DNA from: Candidatus Methylomirabilota bacterium
GTDB taxonomy: Bacteria > Methylomirabilota > Methylomirabilia > Rokubacteriales > CSP1-6
Direction: 5' to 3'
Assembly: GCA_036556545.1 (NCBI GenBank)
Contig: DATBJF010000060.1
Location: 16,548-80,547, forward strand
Length of the DNA stretch: 64,000 nt
A program made the position numbers and the translations under genes. Positions 24,434 through 32,591 of the stretch are shown here, piece after piece; within the stretch, counting starts at the first letter, position 1; every line of letters starts with the position of its first letter. The notes beneath the pieces are model-generated. The model worked only from the letters and a program-made list of their open reading frames with translations, was not told the origin of the DNA and searched no databases.

Positions 24434-27088
24434 ATGCCCGAATGCGTCGCGGTAGCGCCGCCGGCCATCGGAGCCCGCGGCGGAAGAGAGTGGCTGATCG
24501 ATCTGGCCGCGGCCGGCGACCGTGCGCTCTGCGGCGGCAAGGCCGCCGGACTGGCGCAGCTGCAGCGCGCCGGGTTCTCTGTTCCCGACGGCATCTGCCT
24601 GACCATCGAGCTTTGCCGGGCGGCGCTCCGGCAGCTCGATGTCGCCGCCCGAGTCGAGGCGCTCGCCGCCGATCCGCATATCGACCCGCAGACGCGCTCC
24701 GACCGGCTCGCCGACATACGCCGGCTCGTGGAAACGGCGCCCCTGCCCCCGAGTATCGTGGACGCCATCCATGGCGCCGTCATGACCGTGCGAACGGACT
24801 GGAACGGCATGCTGGCGGTCCGGTCGTCGGCGGTCCTCGAAGATCATCCCGACGCCTCGCACGCGGGCATCCACGCCAGCTTCGTCGGTCAGTACGCGGC
24901 CCCAGCGGTCGTGGCGCGGGTCAAGAGCTGCTGGGCATCGCTGTGGAGCGAGCGCGCGTGGGCCTACCGCGAGCGCCTCGGGATCCCGCACGCCGACGCC
25001 GCCATGGCCGTGATCGTGCAGCGATTCGTGGCGGGTGGTCGCGCAGGGGTGGCGTTCTCGGCCGATCCCCTGAGCGGCGACTCGGCCACGGTCGTCATCG
25101 AAGCCGTGCGGGGAACCGGCGAGGCCATCGTCGGCGGTACGCTCACCCCCGAGCAGTATCGCGTCACCATCAGCGGTGAGACGACCGCCGTGCACGCGGA
25201 GCGTTCCTCCGCACGCCCGGTGCTCGGCGGCGCCGAGATCCGCACGCTCGCGCGAGTGGTCAAGCGCGTGGAGCACGCGCTCCAGCAACCGGTCGACGTC
25301 GAGTGGGTCTACGACGGCGACACGCTGTGGCTCGTTCAGAGCCGGCCGATGCGTCGAGGCGCGCCGCGGCGCGAAGAGACGCTGTGGACGCGGGCCAATC
25401 TGAAGGAGGTCTTCCCCGACCTTCCGAGTCCTCTGGCGGCCTCCTACGTCGAGGTCGCACTGAATCGAATGTTTCGCGAATACCACTCCGCGCAAGGGTA
25501 CGCGGTGCGGGCGGACACCGGCCTCGTCCGTGTCTTCCGCGGCCGGCCGTATCTCAATCTCACCCTCATGACCCACATGACCGTCGTCCGTGGCGGCAAC
25601 CCGAGCATCGTGGCGCGGCTCTTCGGCGGGGCCATGCCGTCCGGTGCGCCGGTGGAGCGCCCGGTGTCCCGCCCGGTCATGGACCTGCGGCAGGGGGCCC
25701 GGCTGGTGCGCGAGCTGCTCACGACCATTTTCCTCACGCCTCGCCGTGCCGAGCGACTGTTCCGGACGATGCGCCGGCGGGCGAAGCGCTACGCGGCGGT
25801 TCCGCTGGAGCGGCTCGACGATGCGGCGGTGAGCCAGCACCTGATCCGCCTTGCCAATACGCTGCTCCATCCGGCGACGCTCCGCCGCCTCCACGAGATC
25901 GTGTCCGCGCAGTCGCGCGCTTACATGATCCTCGAGCGGCTCCTGGCGGCATGGATCCCCGCCGAGGCCGGCCGGCTGCTCGCGCAGCTCGTGACCGGCC
26001 TCGGCACGCTGCCCAACACGCGGCTGACGTACCGCCTCGTCGCGCTCAGCGAGGTGGCCCGGGCGGAGCCACGCGTCGAGGCGTTTCTCATGGAGGCGCG
26101 AGACCGCGAGGCGTTACGGACGTACCCGGCGGTCCTCGGGGGCACCCGGTTCCTCGCCGACCTCGACGAGGTCCTGCGCGAATTCGGTCACCGGGGTCCA
26201 TTCGAGTCGGACGTGATGTCGCCGCGATTCGAGGAGCAGCCGGAGCTGCTGCTGGAGATCATCCAGACGTACCTGCGCGCCCCCGCCCTCGAGAATCCCG
26301 CGCGTCACGAAGCCTATCGCCGCCGTCTGCGGGAAGGCGCCGAGCGTGAAGTCCGCGTGGCGCTCAGAGACAGGCCGTGGCTCACGTTCGTGCTCCAATC
26401 GACGATCCTCTCGGTCGTCGGACGCGCGCTCCAGCGACTGGTGGCGCAGCGTGACGAGAACCGCCACGTGACCACGTTGCTGGTGGCCCACCTGCGCCGG
26501 GTCGCGCTGGAGATCGGGCGCCGCGCGGCGCGCAAAGGCTCGTTCGCCGCCGCGGACGACGTGTTCTTCGTGCGGTGGGACGAGTTTGCCGGTGTCCTCA
26601 CCGGTCCCCGCCGCGACTGGCGCACGCTGGTCGCCGAGCGCCGCCGCGAGCGAGCGCGCAACGAGACCGTCAGCGCGCCGGATCTCCTGCGGGGCGACGA
26701 GTCCGCCGACGATGATGCGCCTCACGGTCTGGGCGGATTCGGTGTGAGTCCCGGCCGGGTCACGGGCACGGTGAAGATCATCAAGTCCCCGGCCGATCTG
26801 CGTGCCCTCGGCGGAGAGATCGCCGTCGTGTCGGCGATCGAGCCGAGCCTGACCTCGATCTTTCCGCTCGTCACCGGACTGATCGCCGAGATCGGCGGCC
26901 TGCTGAGCCACGGGGCCATCCTCGCGCGTGAATACGGATTGCCGGCCGTGGTGAACGCCAAGGACATCACTCGCCGATTGCACGATGGCGATCGGATCGA
27001 GCTGGACGGGACGAGCGGCCGGATCCGTCTGCTAGGACGCGAGTCCACCGCCGGCAACGGCGCCTGCACGGTGGCGAACGAGCAGTGA
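24434..27088 (+). CDS. PEP-utilising / pyruvate-water-dikinase-family enzyme with rifampicin-phosphotransferase-like architecture
   Basis: N-terminal PPDK_N ATP-grasp (GGKAAGLAQLQRAGFSVPDG...VRSSAVLEDHPDASHAGIHASF), a central region of about 450 aa, and a C-terminal swivel His domain (GVSPGRVTGTVKII...GGLLSHGAILAREYGLPAVV). 884 aa. Confidence 0.8.
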   Translation: MPECVAVAPPAIGARGGREWLIDLAAAGDRALCGGKAAGLAQLQRAGFSVPDGICLTIELCRAALRQLDVAARVEALAADPHIDPQTRSDRLADIRRLVETAPLPPSIVDAIHGAVMTVRTDWNGMLAVRSSAVLEDHPDASHAGIHASFVGQYAAPAVVARVKSCWASLWSERAWAYRERLGIPHADAAMAVIVQRFVAGGRAGVAFSADPLSGDSATVVIEAVRGTGEAIVGGTLTPEQYRVTISGETTAVHAERSSARPVLGGAEIRTLARVVKRVEHALQQPVDVEWVYDGDTLWLVQSRPMRRGAPRREETLWTRANLKEVFPDLPSPLAASYVEVALNRMFREYHSAQGYAVRADTGLVRVFRGRPYLNLTLMTHMTVVRGGNPSIVARLFGGAMPSGAPVERPVSRPVMDLRQGARLVRELLTTIFLTPRRAERLFRTMRRRAKRYAAVPLERLDDAAVSQHLIRLANTLLHPATLRRLHEIVSAQSRAYMILERLLAAWIPAEAGRLLAQLVTGLGTLPNTRLTYRLVALSEVARAEPRVEAFLMEARDREALRTYPAVLGGTRFLADLDEVLREFGHRGPFESDVMSPRFEEQPELLLEIIQTYLRAPALENPARHEAYRRRLREGAEREVRVALRDRPWLTFVLQSTILSVVGRALQRLVAQRDENRHVTTLLVAHLRRVALEIGRRAARKGSFAAADDVFFVRWDEFAGVLTGPRRDWRTLVAERRRERARNETVSAPDLLRGDESADDDAPHGLGGFGVSPGRVTGTVKIIKSPADLRALGGEIAVVSAIEPSLTSIFPLVTGLIAEIGGLLSHGAILAREYGLPAVVNAKDITRRLHDGDRIELDGTSGRIRLLGRESTAGNGACTVANEQ

Positions 27089-27619
27089 CGCGATCGCGAA
27101 GCCGATGAACGCGCCCGCGATCACGTCGGACAGGTAGTGTCGCGCCAGGTACACCCGCCCCAGCGCGATGGCGGCGGCCAGGCCGTACAGCGGCCAGCGC
27201 AGGGCGGGGTACGACGACGCAAGCGCGGTGGCCACGGCGAACACGGAGGTGGCGTGTCCCGAGGGAAACGAATCGAGCTCCAGGGAAAGGCTCGTCTCGG
27301 CCGCCGCGGGACGGGGCCGGCCAACCACGTACTTGAGGGTGTACTCGACCGCGCCCGCCGCCATGAACGCCAGGGCGCCGGCCCAGGCCGCCTCGCGCAG
27401 ACGAGGTCTCGCGCGGCTGAGGGCGGCCAGGACCAGGCACACGGCCAGCAGCGTGACCCCGCTGCCGATCGGATTGAGCACGCCGACGATGCCGTCGAGC
27501 GCGAGACCTCTGAGCTGCCGAGCCCAGTCCGCCACGTGATCATCGAGAAGGAACGCGGTCGCTAGAACGACGAGCATGGCGGACAGAGCCGTAACGAGCC
27601 TTCGCGAGGCGAGACCCAT
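27032..27619 (-). CDS. PAP2-family (type 2 phosphatidic acid phosphatase-like) membrane phosphatase
   Basis: KYVVGRPRP, PSGH and ARHYLSD, which match the three PAP2 motifs. Start ATG 27619 (MGLASRRL) is tentative. The 3' end overlaps the convergent gene by 57 nt. Confidence 0.8.
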   Translation of the reverse strand: MGLASRRLVTALSAMLVVLATAFLLDDHVADWARQLRGLALDGIVGVLNPIGSGVTLLAVCLVLAALSRARPRLREAAWAGALAFMAAGAVEYTLKYVVGRPRPAAAETSLSLELDSFPSGHATSVFAVATALASSYPALRWPLYGLAAAIALGRVYLARHYLSDVIAGAFIGFAIASLLVRHRAGAVAGGGLAS

Positions 27620-27677
27620 CGATTCGAGTATCGGCCGCGCACCGCGGATTGACAAGCTTCCCGAGAGGGGGCGATAG

Positions 27678-28649
27678 ATGACCAAGGTCTGGCGGGGCGG
27701 GCTGGTGGTCCTGGGCCTGGTGTCCGTGGGGTCCCTCATCGCCGCCACCGGCGTGACGGCCGTCCTGTCGGCCATGGCGACGCTGTCCTGGCGGATCGTC
27801 GTGATCGTGGTGTGCCCGGCCATCGTCGTGGTTGCGCTCGATACCCTGGCCTGGCGGTTCGCCTTCGAGCGGCTCCCTCCCTTTTACCGTCTCTTTGGCG
27901 TGCGCCTGGCCGGCGAGGCACTGAACACGGGCACCGCCTCCATCGGCGGCGAGGCCGCCAAGGTCTACCTCCTGCAGCCGGAGGTCCCGGCCGTCGAGGC
28001 CTCGGCCGCGACGCTGGTGGGAAAGACCGGCATCACGATCGCCCAGGTCCTCTTCCTGGGCGTCGGTCTGGCGGTGGCCCTCTCGTGCCTGGAGCCATCG
28101 CCCCTGGTGCTCACCGCAGCCTTCGTCGCCCTGGCGCTGGAGGCGATGGCCGTGGCCGCCTTCGTCCTCGTGCAGTGCGCCGGTGTCGTCGGGCGCACGC
28201 TCCGCCTCCTGCGACGGTGGGCCTGGCACGCTGCCGCCGACCGTCTCCAAGACCTGGTCCGCCTCGATCATTCGCTGGCCACGTTCTACGGGCGCCGGCG
28301 GGGACGCTTCGCGACCTGCGTCGCTCTCCATCTCGCCGCCTGGATCGTGGGCAGCCTCGAGGTCTATCTGGTGCTGCACTGGCTCGGCGTCGGCGTATCG
28401 TTCCCGATGGCCCTCTTCATCGACGCGGCCGGGTCGGCCATCAGCTTCGTAGGATTCGCCGTTCCGGCGCGACTCGGCGTGCTGGAAGGGGGGTACATGT
28501 CCGTATTCGCGGCGCTCGGCCTGGCTTCCGGAGTCGGCCTGTCCTTTGCGCTGATCCGCCGCCTGCGCCTTCTCGTCTGGAGCCTGCTCGGCGTCGTCGT
28601 GCTCATGGCCTATCAGGCGACGGCCACGCCACGCGCGTCGGCAACGTGA
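27678..28649 (+). CDS. Flippase-like membrane protein (lysylphosphatidylglycerol-synthase TM region / UPF0104 family)
   Basis: About eight hydrophobic helices. The segment RLAGEALNTGTASIGGEAAKVYLL is typical of this family. Start is ATG 27678 or GTG 27705. Confidence 0.75.
   Translation: MTKVWRGGLVVLGLVSVGSLIAATGVTAVLSAMATLSWRIVVIVVCPAIVVVALDTLAWRFAFERLPPFYRLFGVRLAGEALNTGTASIGGEAAKVYLLQPEVPAVEASAATLVGKTGITIAQVLFLGVGLAVALSCLEPSPLVLTAAFVALALEAMAVAAFVLVQCAGVVGRTLRLLRRWAWHAAADRLQDLVRLDHSLATFYGRRRGRFATCVALHLAAWIVGSLEVYLVLHWLGVGVSFPMALFIDAAGSAISFVGFAVPARLGVLEGGYMSVFAALGLASGVGLSFALIRRLRLLVWSLLGVVVLMAYQATATPRASAT
27680..27689 (+). promoter_or_regulatory. Exact decamer GACCAAGGTC (followed by TGG) at the annotated start of the flippase-like gene
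   Basis: Read directly (gatagatGACCAAGGTCTGgcg). Lies 61 nt upstream of the PAP2 start on the other strand. If this is an operator, the real start of the plus-strand gene may be GTG 27705. Confidence 0.45.
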
Positions 28650-28662
28650 ACCGGAGACGCCG

Positions 28663-31600
28663 GTGAGCCGACTCCTGGTTGCGGTGCTCCGTCTGTCCAC
28701 CGCGCGGCCAGCCCTGACCGCCGCCCTGTGTCTCGCGGCCGCCGCCGCGGCGCTCGTCTACGCGAGCAGCGCGCTGACGTTCGAGACATCCTCGGTGCGG
28801 TTGCTCCCGCCCCACCGCGTGTACGTTCAGGAATTCGACCGCTACCTTCGCGAGTTCGGCGAGCTCAACGACATCGTCATCGTCGTGGAGTCGAACGAGC
28901 CGGAGCAGGCCAAGGACTACGCCGCACGGCTGGCCAGCCTGCTCTCGGGCCCGCCGGTTCGCGCCACGCGCGTCACCTACCGCATCGATCCCGACCAGTT
29001 CGAGGGGCGCGCGCTGCTGTACCTGTCGCTGGAGCGGCTCACTGCGCTCCGGGATGCCGTCGAACGGCACCGCGAGTTCCTCGGGGCATACGCCGCCGAC
29101 CCGACGCTGGCGACTCTGGTCGCGTCCATCGACCGCGAGATGGTCCGTCGCCTCGCCGGACGCTTCGTCGATCTCGGGATCGAAGAGGCGTCGGCGTCGA
29201 GCTTCGACCCGGCCTTCGTCGACACGCTGCTCGCGTCCATCGGCGAGCGCCTGACGTCGGCGGCGGCGCGCCCGGCCTCGCCGTGGGGCGCGCTCATCTC
29301 CACCGGCCACGACGAGCGGTCGGGGTATTTCACGTCCCGCGACGGCAAGCTCCTCTTCGTGCTCGTGGAGCCGCGGCGCGAGGCCGGCAACTTCACCGAC
29401 AACAAGGAGATCATCGCCAGCATCCGGCGGACGATCGCAGACCTGCGCGCCGACTATCCCGCCGTCAGCGCCGGCGTGACCGGGACGCCCGCCCTGTCGA
29501 ACGACGAGATGCTCACCGCCTTTCGGGACAGCAGCGTCGCCACCGCCGCCTCCTGTCTCGCGACATTGCTGGTGGTGCTCCTCGTCTTCCGGCAGGTGCG
29601 CAAGCCTCTCGTAATGCTGTTCGTGCTCCAGGTGAGCCTGGCGTGGTCGCTCGGACTGATCGCGCTCACCGTCGGCCACCTGACCGTCTTCTCGGTGATG
29701 TTCATCGCCCTCTTCATCGGAGTCGGCGTCGACTACGGCATCTACCTGCTCTTCCGGTACCAGGAAGAGCTCGGCATCGCCCGGGATCCGCGCGCGGCGC
29801 TCGACACCGCTGTCGCCAGGGCGGGTCCCGGCATCGTCTTCGCCGCCCTCGCCGCCGCCGGCACGTTCGCGGTCCTGATGCTCACGGAGTTTCGCGGGAT
29901 CGTGGAGTTCGGCTTCATCGGCGCCCTGTCGATCGTGATGGCGCTCGTCGCCATGCTGACGTTGTTCCCGGCTCTGCTGCTCGTCCTCGACCGCCGATCG
30001 CCGCGGCCCGGTCCGGTCCTCGCCGGCGCGCAGCACACGGGGCGTCCGGCGGCCTCGCTCCTCGAGCGCGCGACCCGGCACACCCGGGTGATTCTCGGCG
30101 CCGCCGCGCTGGCGACCGGCTATTCGCTCTGGGCCGTCGCGGGAGTCGGCTTCGACTACAACCGCCTCAACCTCCAGGCCAAGGGCAGCGAGGCGGTGGT
30201 CTGGGAGAAGAAAATTCTCGACTCGGGCCGCTCGGCGTTCCCCGCCCTCGCCTCGGCCGGTTCGCTGGACGAGCTGCGGGCGAAGCAGGCGGCCTTTGGA
30301 CGGCTGTCCACGGTCTCGGAGGTCGTCAGCGTGTTGCGCGCGATCCCGACGGAGCAGACGCAGAAGATCGCGATCATCGGTGAGCTGGCCCCGACCGTGG
30401 CGCCCGTCCGGGTGGCGGACGCGCGTGACGCCGAGCCGGACAAGCTCCGGGCCGCCCTGCTCGGCCTGCGCAAGCGGCTGGCACTGGCGATTCGTGAGGC
30501 GGGCCCCGACGGCCCTTCGGCGACCCTCCGCTCGGCCGACTCCCGCGCCGAGGATCTGCTCGGACGCCTGGCGAACATCAGCCCGGAAGCGAGGGGTCGC
30601 CTCTCGACGATCCAGCGCGACTTCCGGGCCGATTTCGACGTGAAGCTGCGGCAGTTCCAGGACAACCTCGCCCCGACGCCGGTCACCGTCGACGTGCTGC
30701 CCGAGGAGGTCCGCCGGAAATTCATGGGACGGACCGGGACGTTCCTCATGCAGATCACACCGGCCGTGAACACGTGGAACCGAGAGGGCGTCGAGCAGTT
30801 CGTGCGCGAGCTGCGGACCGTCGATGCGGCGGTGACCGGATCGCCGGTCATCAGCTACGAGGCGAGCCGGCTCATGGAGATGGCGTACTTCGACGGCACG
30901 CTGTACGCCGGCCTCCTCGTGATCGGGCTGGCCGCGATGATGCTCCGGCGCCCGCGCGACACCGTGCTGGCCGTCCTGCCGATGTTCCTCGGGACGCTGT
31001 GGACGATCGGCTTCATGAACGCGGTCGGCCTGTCGTTCAACCTGGCGAACGTGTGGGCCCTGCCGCTGATCATCGGCGCCGCGGCCGAGTACGGTCTGAA
31101 CGTGGCCCTGCGCGATCGCGAAGCGCTCGAGCACGGCGGCCCTCGCCTGGCGCAGAGCACGGTCATGGCGGTCGTCCTGAACGGACTGACGACGGTGGCG
31201 GGCTTCAGCAGTCTCATGTTCGCTCGGCACCAGGGGATGTTCGGGCTCGGTCTGGTGCTGACGGTCGGCGCCGTCGCCGGGCTCGCGGCGGCGTTGCTCG
31301 TGCTTCCCGTGCTGCTGCGCCTCTTCAGCCGGGCGCCGGCGCCCGTGCGAATCAATTCCGGACTCGTGGAGGCCTCGATGACAGGCAAGCGATCATGCGT
31401 CGTGCTGGTGACCCTTCTCTCGCTCGCGGCCGTCGGATCGGTCGGCGCCCGCGCGGCCGGGGCCGGCGAGCCCACGGAACGGGTGCGGTCCGTGGTCGAC
31501 CGGCTCTACCGCCTGGCGTCGTCGCCCGCCCCCACGGTCGAAGATCGCCGCCAGCGCGACGTCGCCGCCGCCGAGGTCATGGAGCAGCTGTTCGACTGGC

Positions 31601-32046
31601 AGACGATGGCACGGCTGACGCTGCGGCAGCACTGGGAGAAGCGGACGCCGGCCGAGCGAGACGAGTTCACGCGGCTCTTCGCCGAGCTCTTCCGGCACGC
31701 GTATCTGACGCGGCTGTCCCTCGTGGACGCCAACGCCTTCCGCTACGAGGGCGACACCATCGCCGGCGAGCAGGCGACGGTGAACACCCAGGTCGTCACC
31801 AAGCGCGGCAGTGTCATCGGGGTCGCCTACGGCCTCGCCCGTTCCGGCGGACGTGGCTGGCGCGTGCACGACGTGCGCGTCGAGGGGATCAGCCTGCTGG
31901 ACAACTACCGCACACAGTTCGCGGCCATCATCGCCCGGTCGTCGTACGAGGCGCTGGTCGAGCGCCTCCGGGCCCGCGTCCGCGAGCACGGCTCCGGCTC
32001 GTCCGCCAGCCGACCCACAGCACGCCAAGGAGCGTCAGGGTCATGA
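28663..32046 (+). CDS. MMPL/RND-superfamily lipid exporter (HpnN-like) with in-frame C-terminal MlaC/Ttg2D-like module
   Basis: Two 6-TM bundles with large periplasmic loops (VVLLVFRQVRKPLVMLFVLQVSLAWSLGLIAL; MFLGTLWTIGFMNAVGLSFNLANVWALPLIIGAAAEYGLN). GTG start with GGAGA upstream. The frame continues without a stop into the MlaC-like part. Confidence 0.85.
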   Translation: MSRLLVAVLRLSTARPALTAALCLAAAAAALVYASSALTFETSSVRLLPPHRVYVQEFDRYLREFGELNDIVIVVESNEPEQAKDYAARLASLLSGPPVRATRVTYRIDPDQFEGRALLYLSLERLTALRDAVERHREFLGAYAADPTLATLVASIDREMVRRLAGRFVDLGIEEASASSFDPAFVDTLLASIGERLTSAAARPASPWGALISTGHDERSGYFTSRDGKLLFVLVEPRREAGNFTDNKEIIASIRRTIADLRADYPAVSAGVTGTPALSNDEMLTAFRDSSVATAASCLATLLVVLLVFRQVRKPLVMLFVLQVSLAWSLGLIALTVGHLTVFSVMFIALFIGVGVDYGIYLLFRYQEELGIARDPRAALDTAVARAGPGIVFAALAAAGTFAVLMLTEFRGIVEFGFIGALSIVMALVAMLTLFPALLLVLDRRSPRPGPVLAGAQHTGRPAASLLERATRHTRVILGAAALATGYSLWAVAGVGFDYNRLNLQAKGSEAVVWEKKILDSGRSAFPALASAGSLDELRAKQAAFGRLSTVSEVVSVLRAIPTEQTQKIAIIGELAPTVAPVRVADARDAEPDKLRAALLGLRKRLALAIREAGPDGPSATLRSADSRAEDLLGRLANISPEARGRLSTIQRDFRADFDVKLRQFQDNLAPTPVTVDVLPEEVRRKFMGRTGTFLMQITPAVNTWNREGVEQFVRELRTVDAAVTGSPVISYEASRLMEMAYFDGTLYAGLLVIGLAAMMLRRPRDTVLAVLPMFLGTLWTIGFMNAVGLSFNLANVWALPLIIGAAAEYGLNVALRDREALEHGGPRLAQSTVMAVVLNGLTTVAGFSSLMFARHQGMFGLGLVLTVGAVAGLAAALLVLPVLLRLFSRAPAPVRINSGLVEASMTGKRSCVVLVTLLSLAAVGSVGARAAGAGEPTERVRSVVDRLYRLASSPAPTVEDRRQRDVAAAEVMEQLFDWQTMARLTLRQHWEKRTPAERDEFTRLFAELFRHAYLTRLSLVDANAFRYEGDTIAGEQATVNTQVVTKRGSVIGVAYGLARSGGRGWRVHDVRVEGISLLDNYRTQFAAIIARSSYEALVERLRARVREHGSGSSASRPTARQGASGS
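31378..32046 (+). other. MlaC/Ttg2D-like phospholipid-binding module with its own ribosome-binding site, ATG and signal peptide, nested in frame in the MMPL ORF
   Basis: GTGGAGG lies 6 nt before ATG 31378. MTGKRSCVVLVTLLSLAAVGSVGARAAGA looks like a signal peptide. MlaC-type core: MEQLFDWQTMARLTLRQHWEKRTPAERDEFTRLFAELFRHAYLTRL. Confidence 0.55.
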
Positions 32047-32446
32047 CGACGGCGTTCGGCCAGGACGCCAGCGTCCAGCGCCCCGCATAGGACCACCCCC
32101 ACTCGGAGAGCGGCCAGAAATAGCGGATGGGCAATCCACCGGTGCCCACCAGGTCCAGGGCCAGGTGGAGGTGGAAGCTCAGCAGCCCGAGTACGGCTGC
32201 CGTCCCGCGCTCGTCCGCGAGCGCCAGCGTGAGCGCGACCCACGCCAGCACGAACACGAGGCCGTGGCCAACGGCGCGGTGCGCCGCCACGTAGGCGTCC
32301 TGGCTCCAGAGGATCCCCACGCCGTCGAAGTCCGGGAGAACACCGGCCAGCGTGATGAGCCAGCGGTCCCGCGCCGATCGGGCGCGAAGGCTGGCCACGA
32401 TCCAGCTGAGACCGATGTGAGTCAGGAAGTGCAGCCCCGTCAGCAT
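31928..32446 (-). CDS. Membrane-bound metal-dependent hydrolase (YdjM/DUF457 family)
   Basis: MLTGLHFLTHIGLSWIV...LAGVLPDFDG...HRAVGHGL...SFHLHLALD pattern of His/Asp on short TM helices. The 3' tail overlaps the convergent ORF by 119 nt. Confidence 0.7.
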   Translation of the reverse strand: MLTGLHFLTHIGLSWIVASLRARSARDRWLITLAGVLPDFDGVGILWSQDAYVAAHRAVGHGLVFVLAWVALTLALADERGTAAVLGLLSFHLHLALDLVGTGGLPIRYFWPLSEWGWSYAGRWTLASWPNAVVMTLTLLGVLWVGWRTSRSRARGRGPGGARPAPRTTTGR

Positions 32447-32489
32447 GTGAGTCGGCGCCGCGAGCGTGCGCCGCCGTCGATGGCCGACC

Positions 32490-32507
32490 TATCGGACCAA
32501 GGTCCGA
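32490..32507 (+). promoter_or_regulatory. 18-bp near-perfect palindrome ATCGGACC-AA-GGTCCGAT (exact decamer 32494-32503)
   Basis: Read directly. Best copy of the family. Lies in the divergent region between the YdjM-like gene (start 32446) and the decarboxylase operon (ATG 32592). Confidence 0.55.
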
Positions 32508-32534
32508 TGGCAGGGATGAGGCGTGCACAGCACA

Positions 32535-32568
32535 GTCGTCGATGCCGTTGGGTTGAGCCGGCGACGAC
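32535..32568 (+). promoter_or_regulatory. Leader hairpin upstream of the decarboxylase gene
   Basis: GTCGTCG(atg)CCG ... CGGCGACGAC forms a stem of about 10 bp with a 3-nt bulge. It ends 24 nt before ATG 32592 and is followed by ATCGAC-GAAGGAG-ATCGAC. Confidence 0.3.
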
Positions 32569-32591
32569 GCTCATCGACGAAGGAGATCGAC

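Noticed and set aside
27648-27677. TTGACA (27648-27653) followed 17-19 nt later by GATAGA, considered as a sigma-70 promoter for the flippase-MMPL genes.
   Set aside because: The -35 is perfect but the -10 candidate matches TATAAT at only three positions. This cannot be supported without transcription-start data.
28663-31377. Naming the flippase-like/MMPL pair HpnL/HpnN (hopanoid-associated).
   Set aside because: No squalene-hopene cyclase, HpnH or other hopanoid genes are in the window. The family resemblance alone does not justify the specific names.
32523-32591. 23-codon in-frame N-terminal extension of the decarboxylase (GTG 32523).
   Set aside because: The AGGAG ribosome-binding site is positioned for ATG 32592. 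The extension would also run through the leader hairpin.
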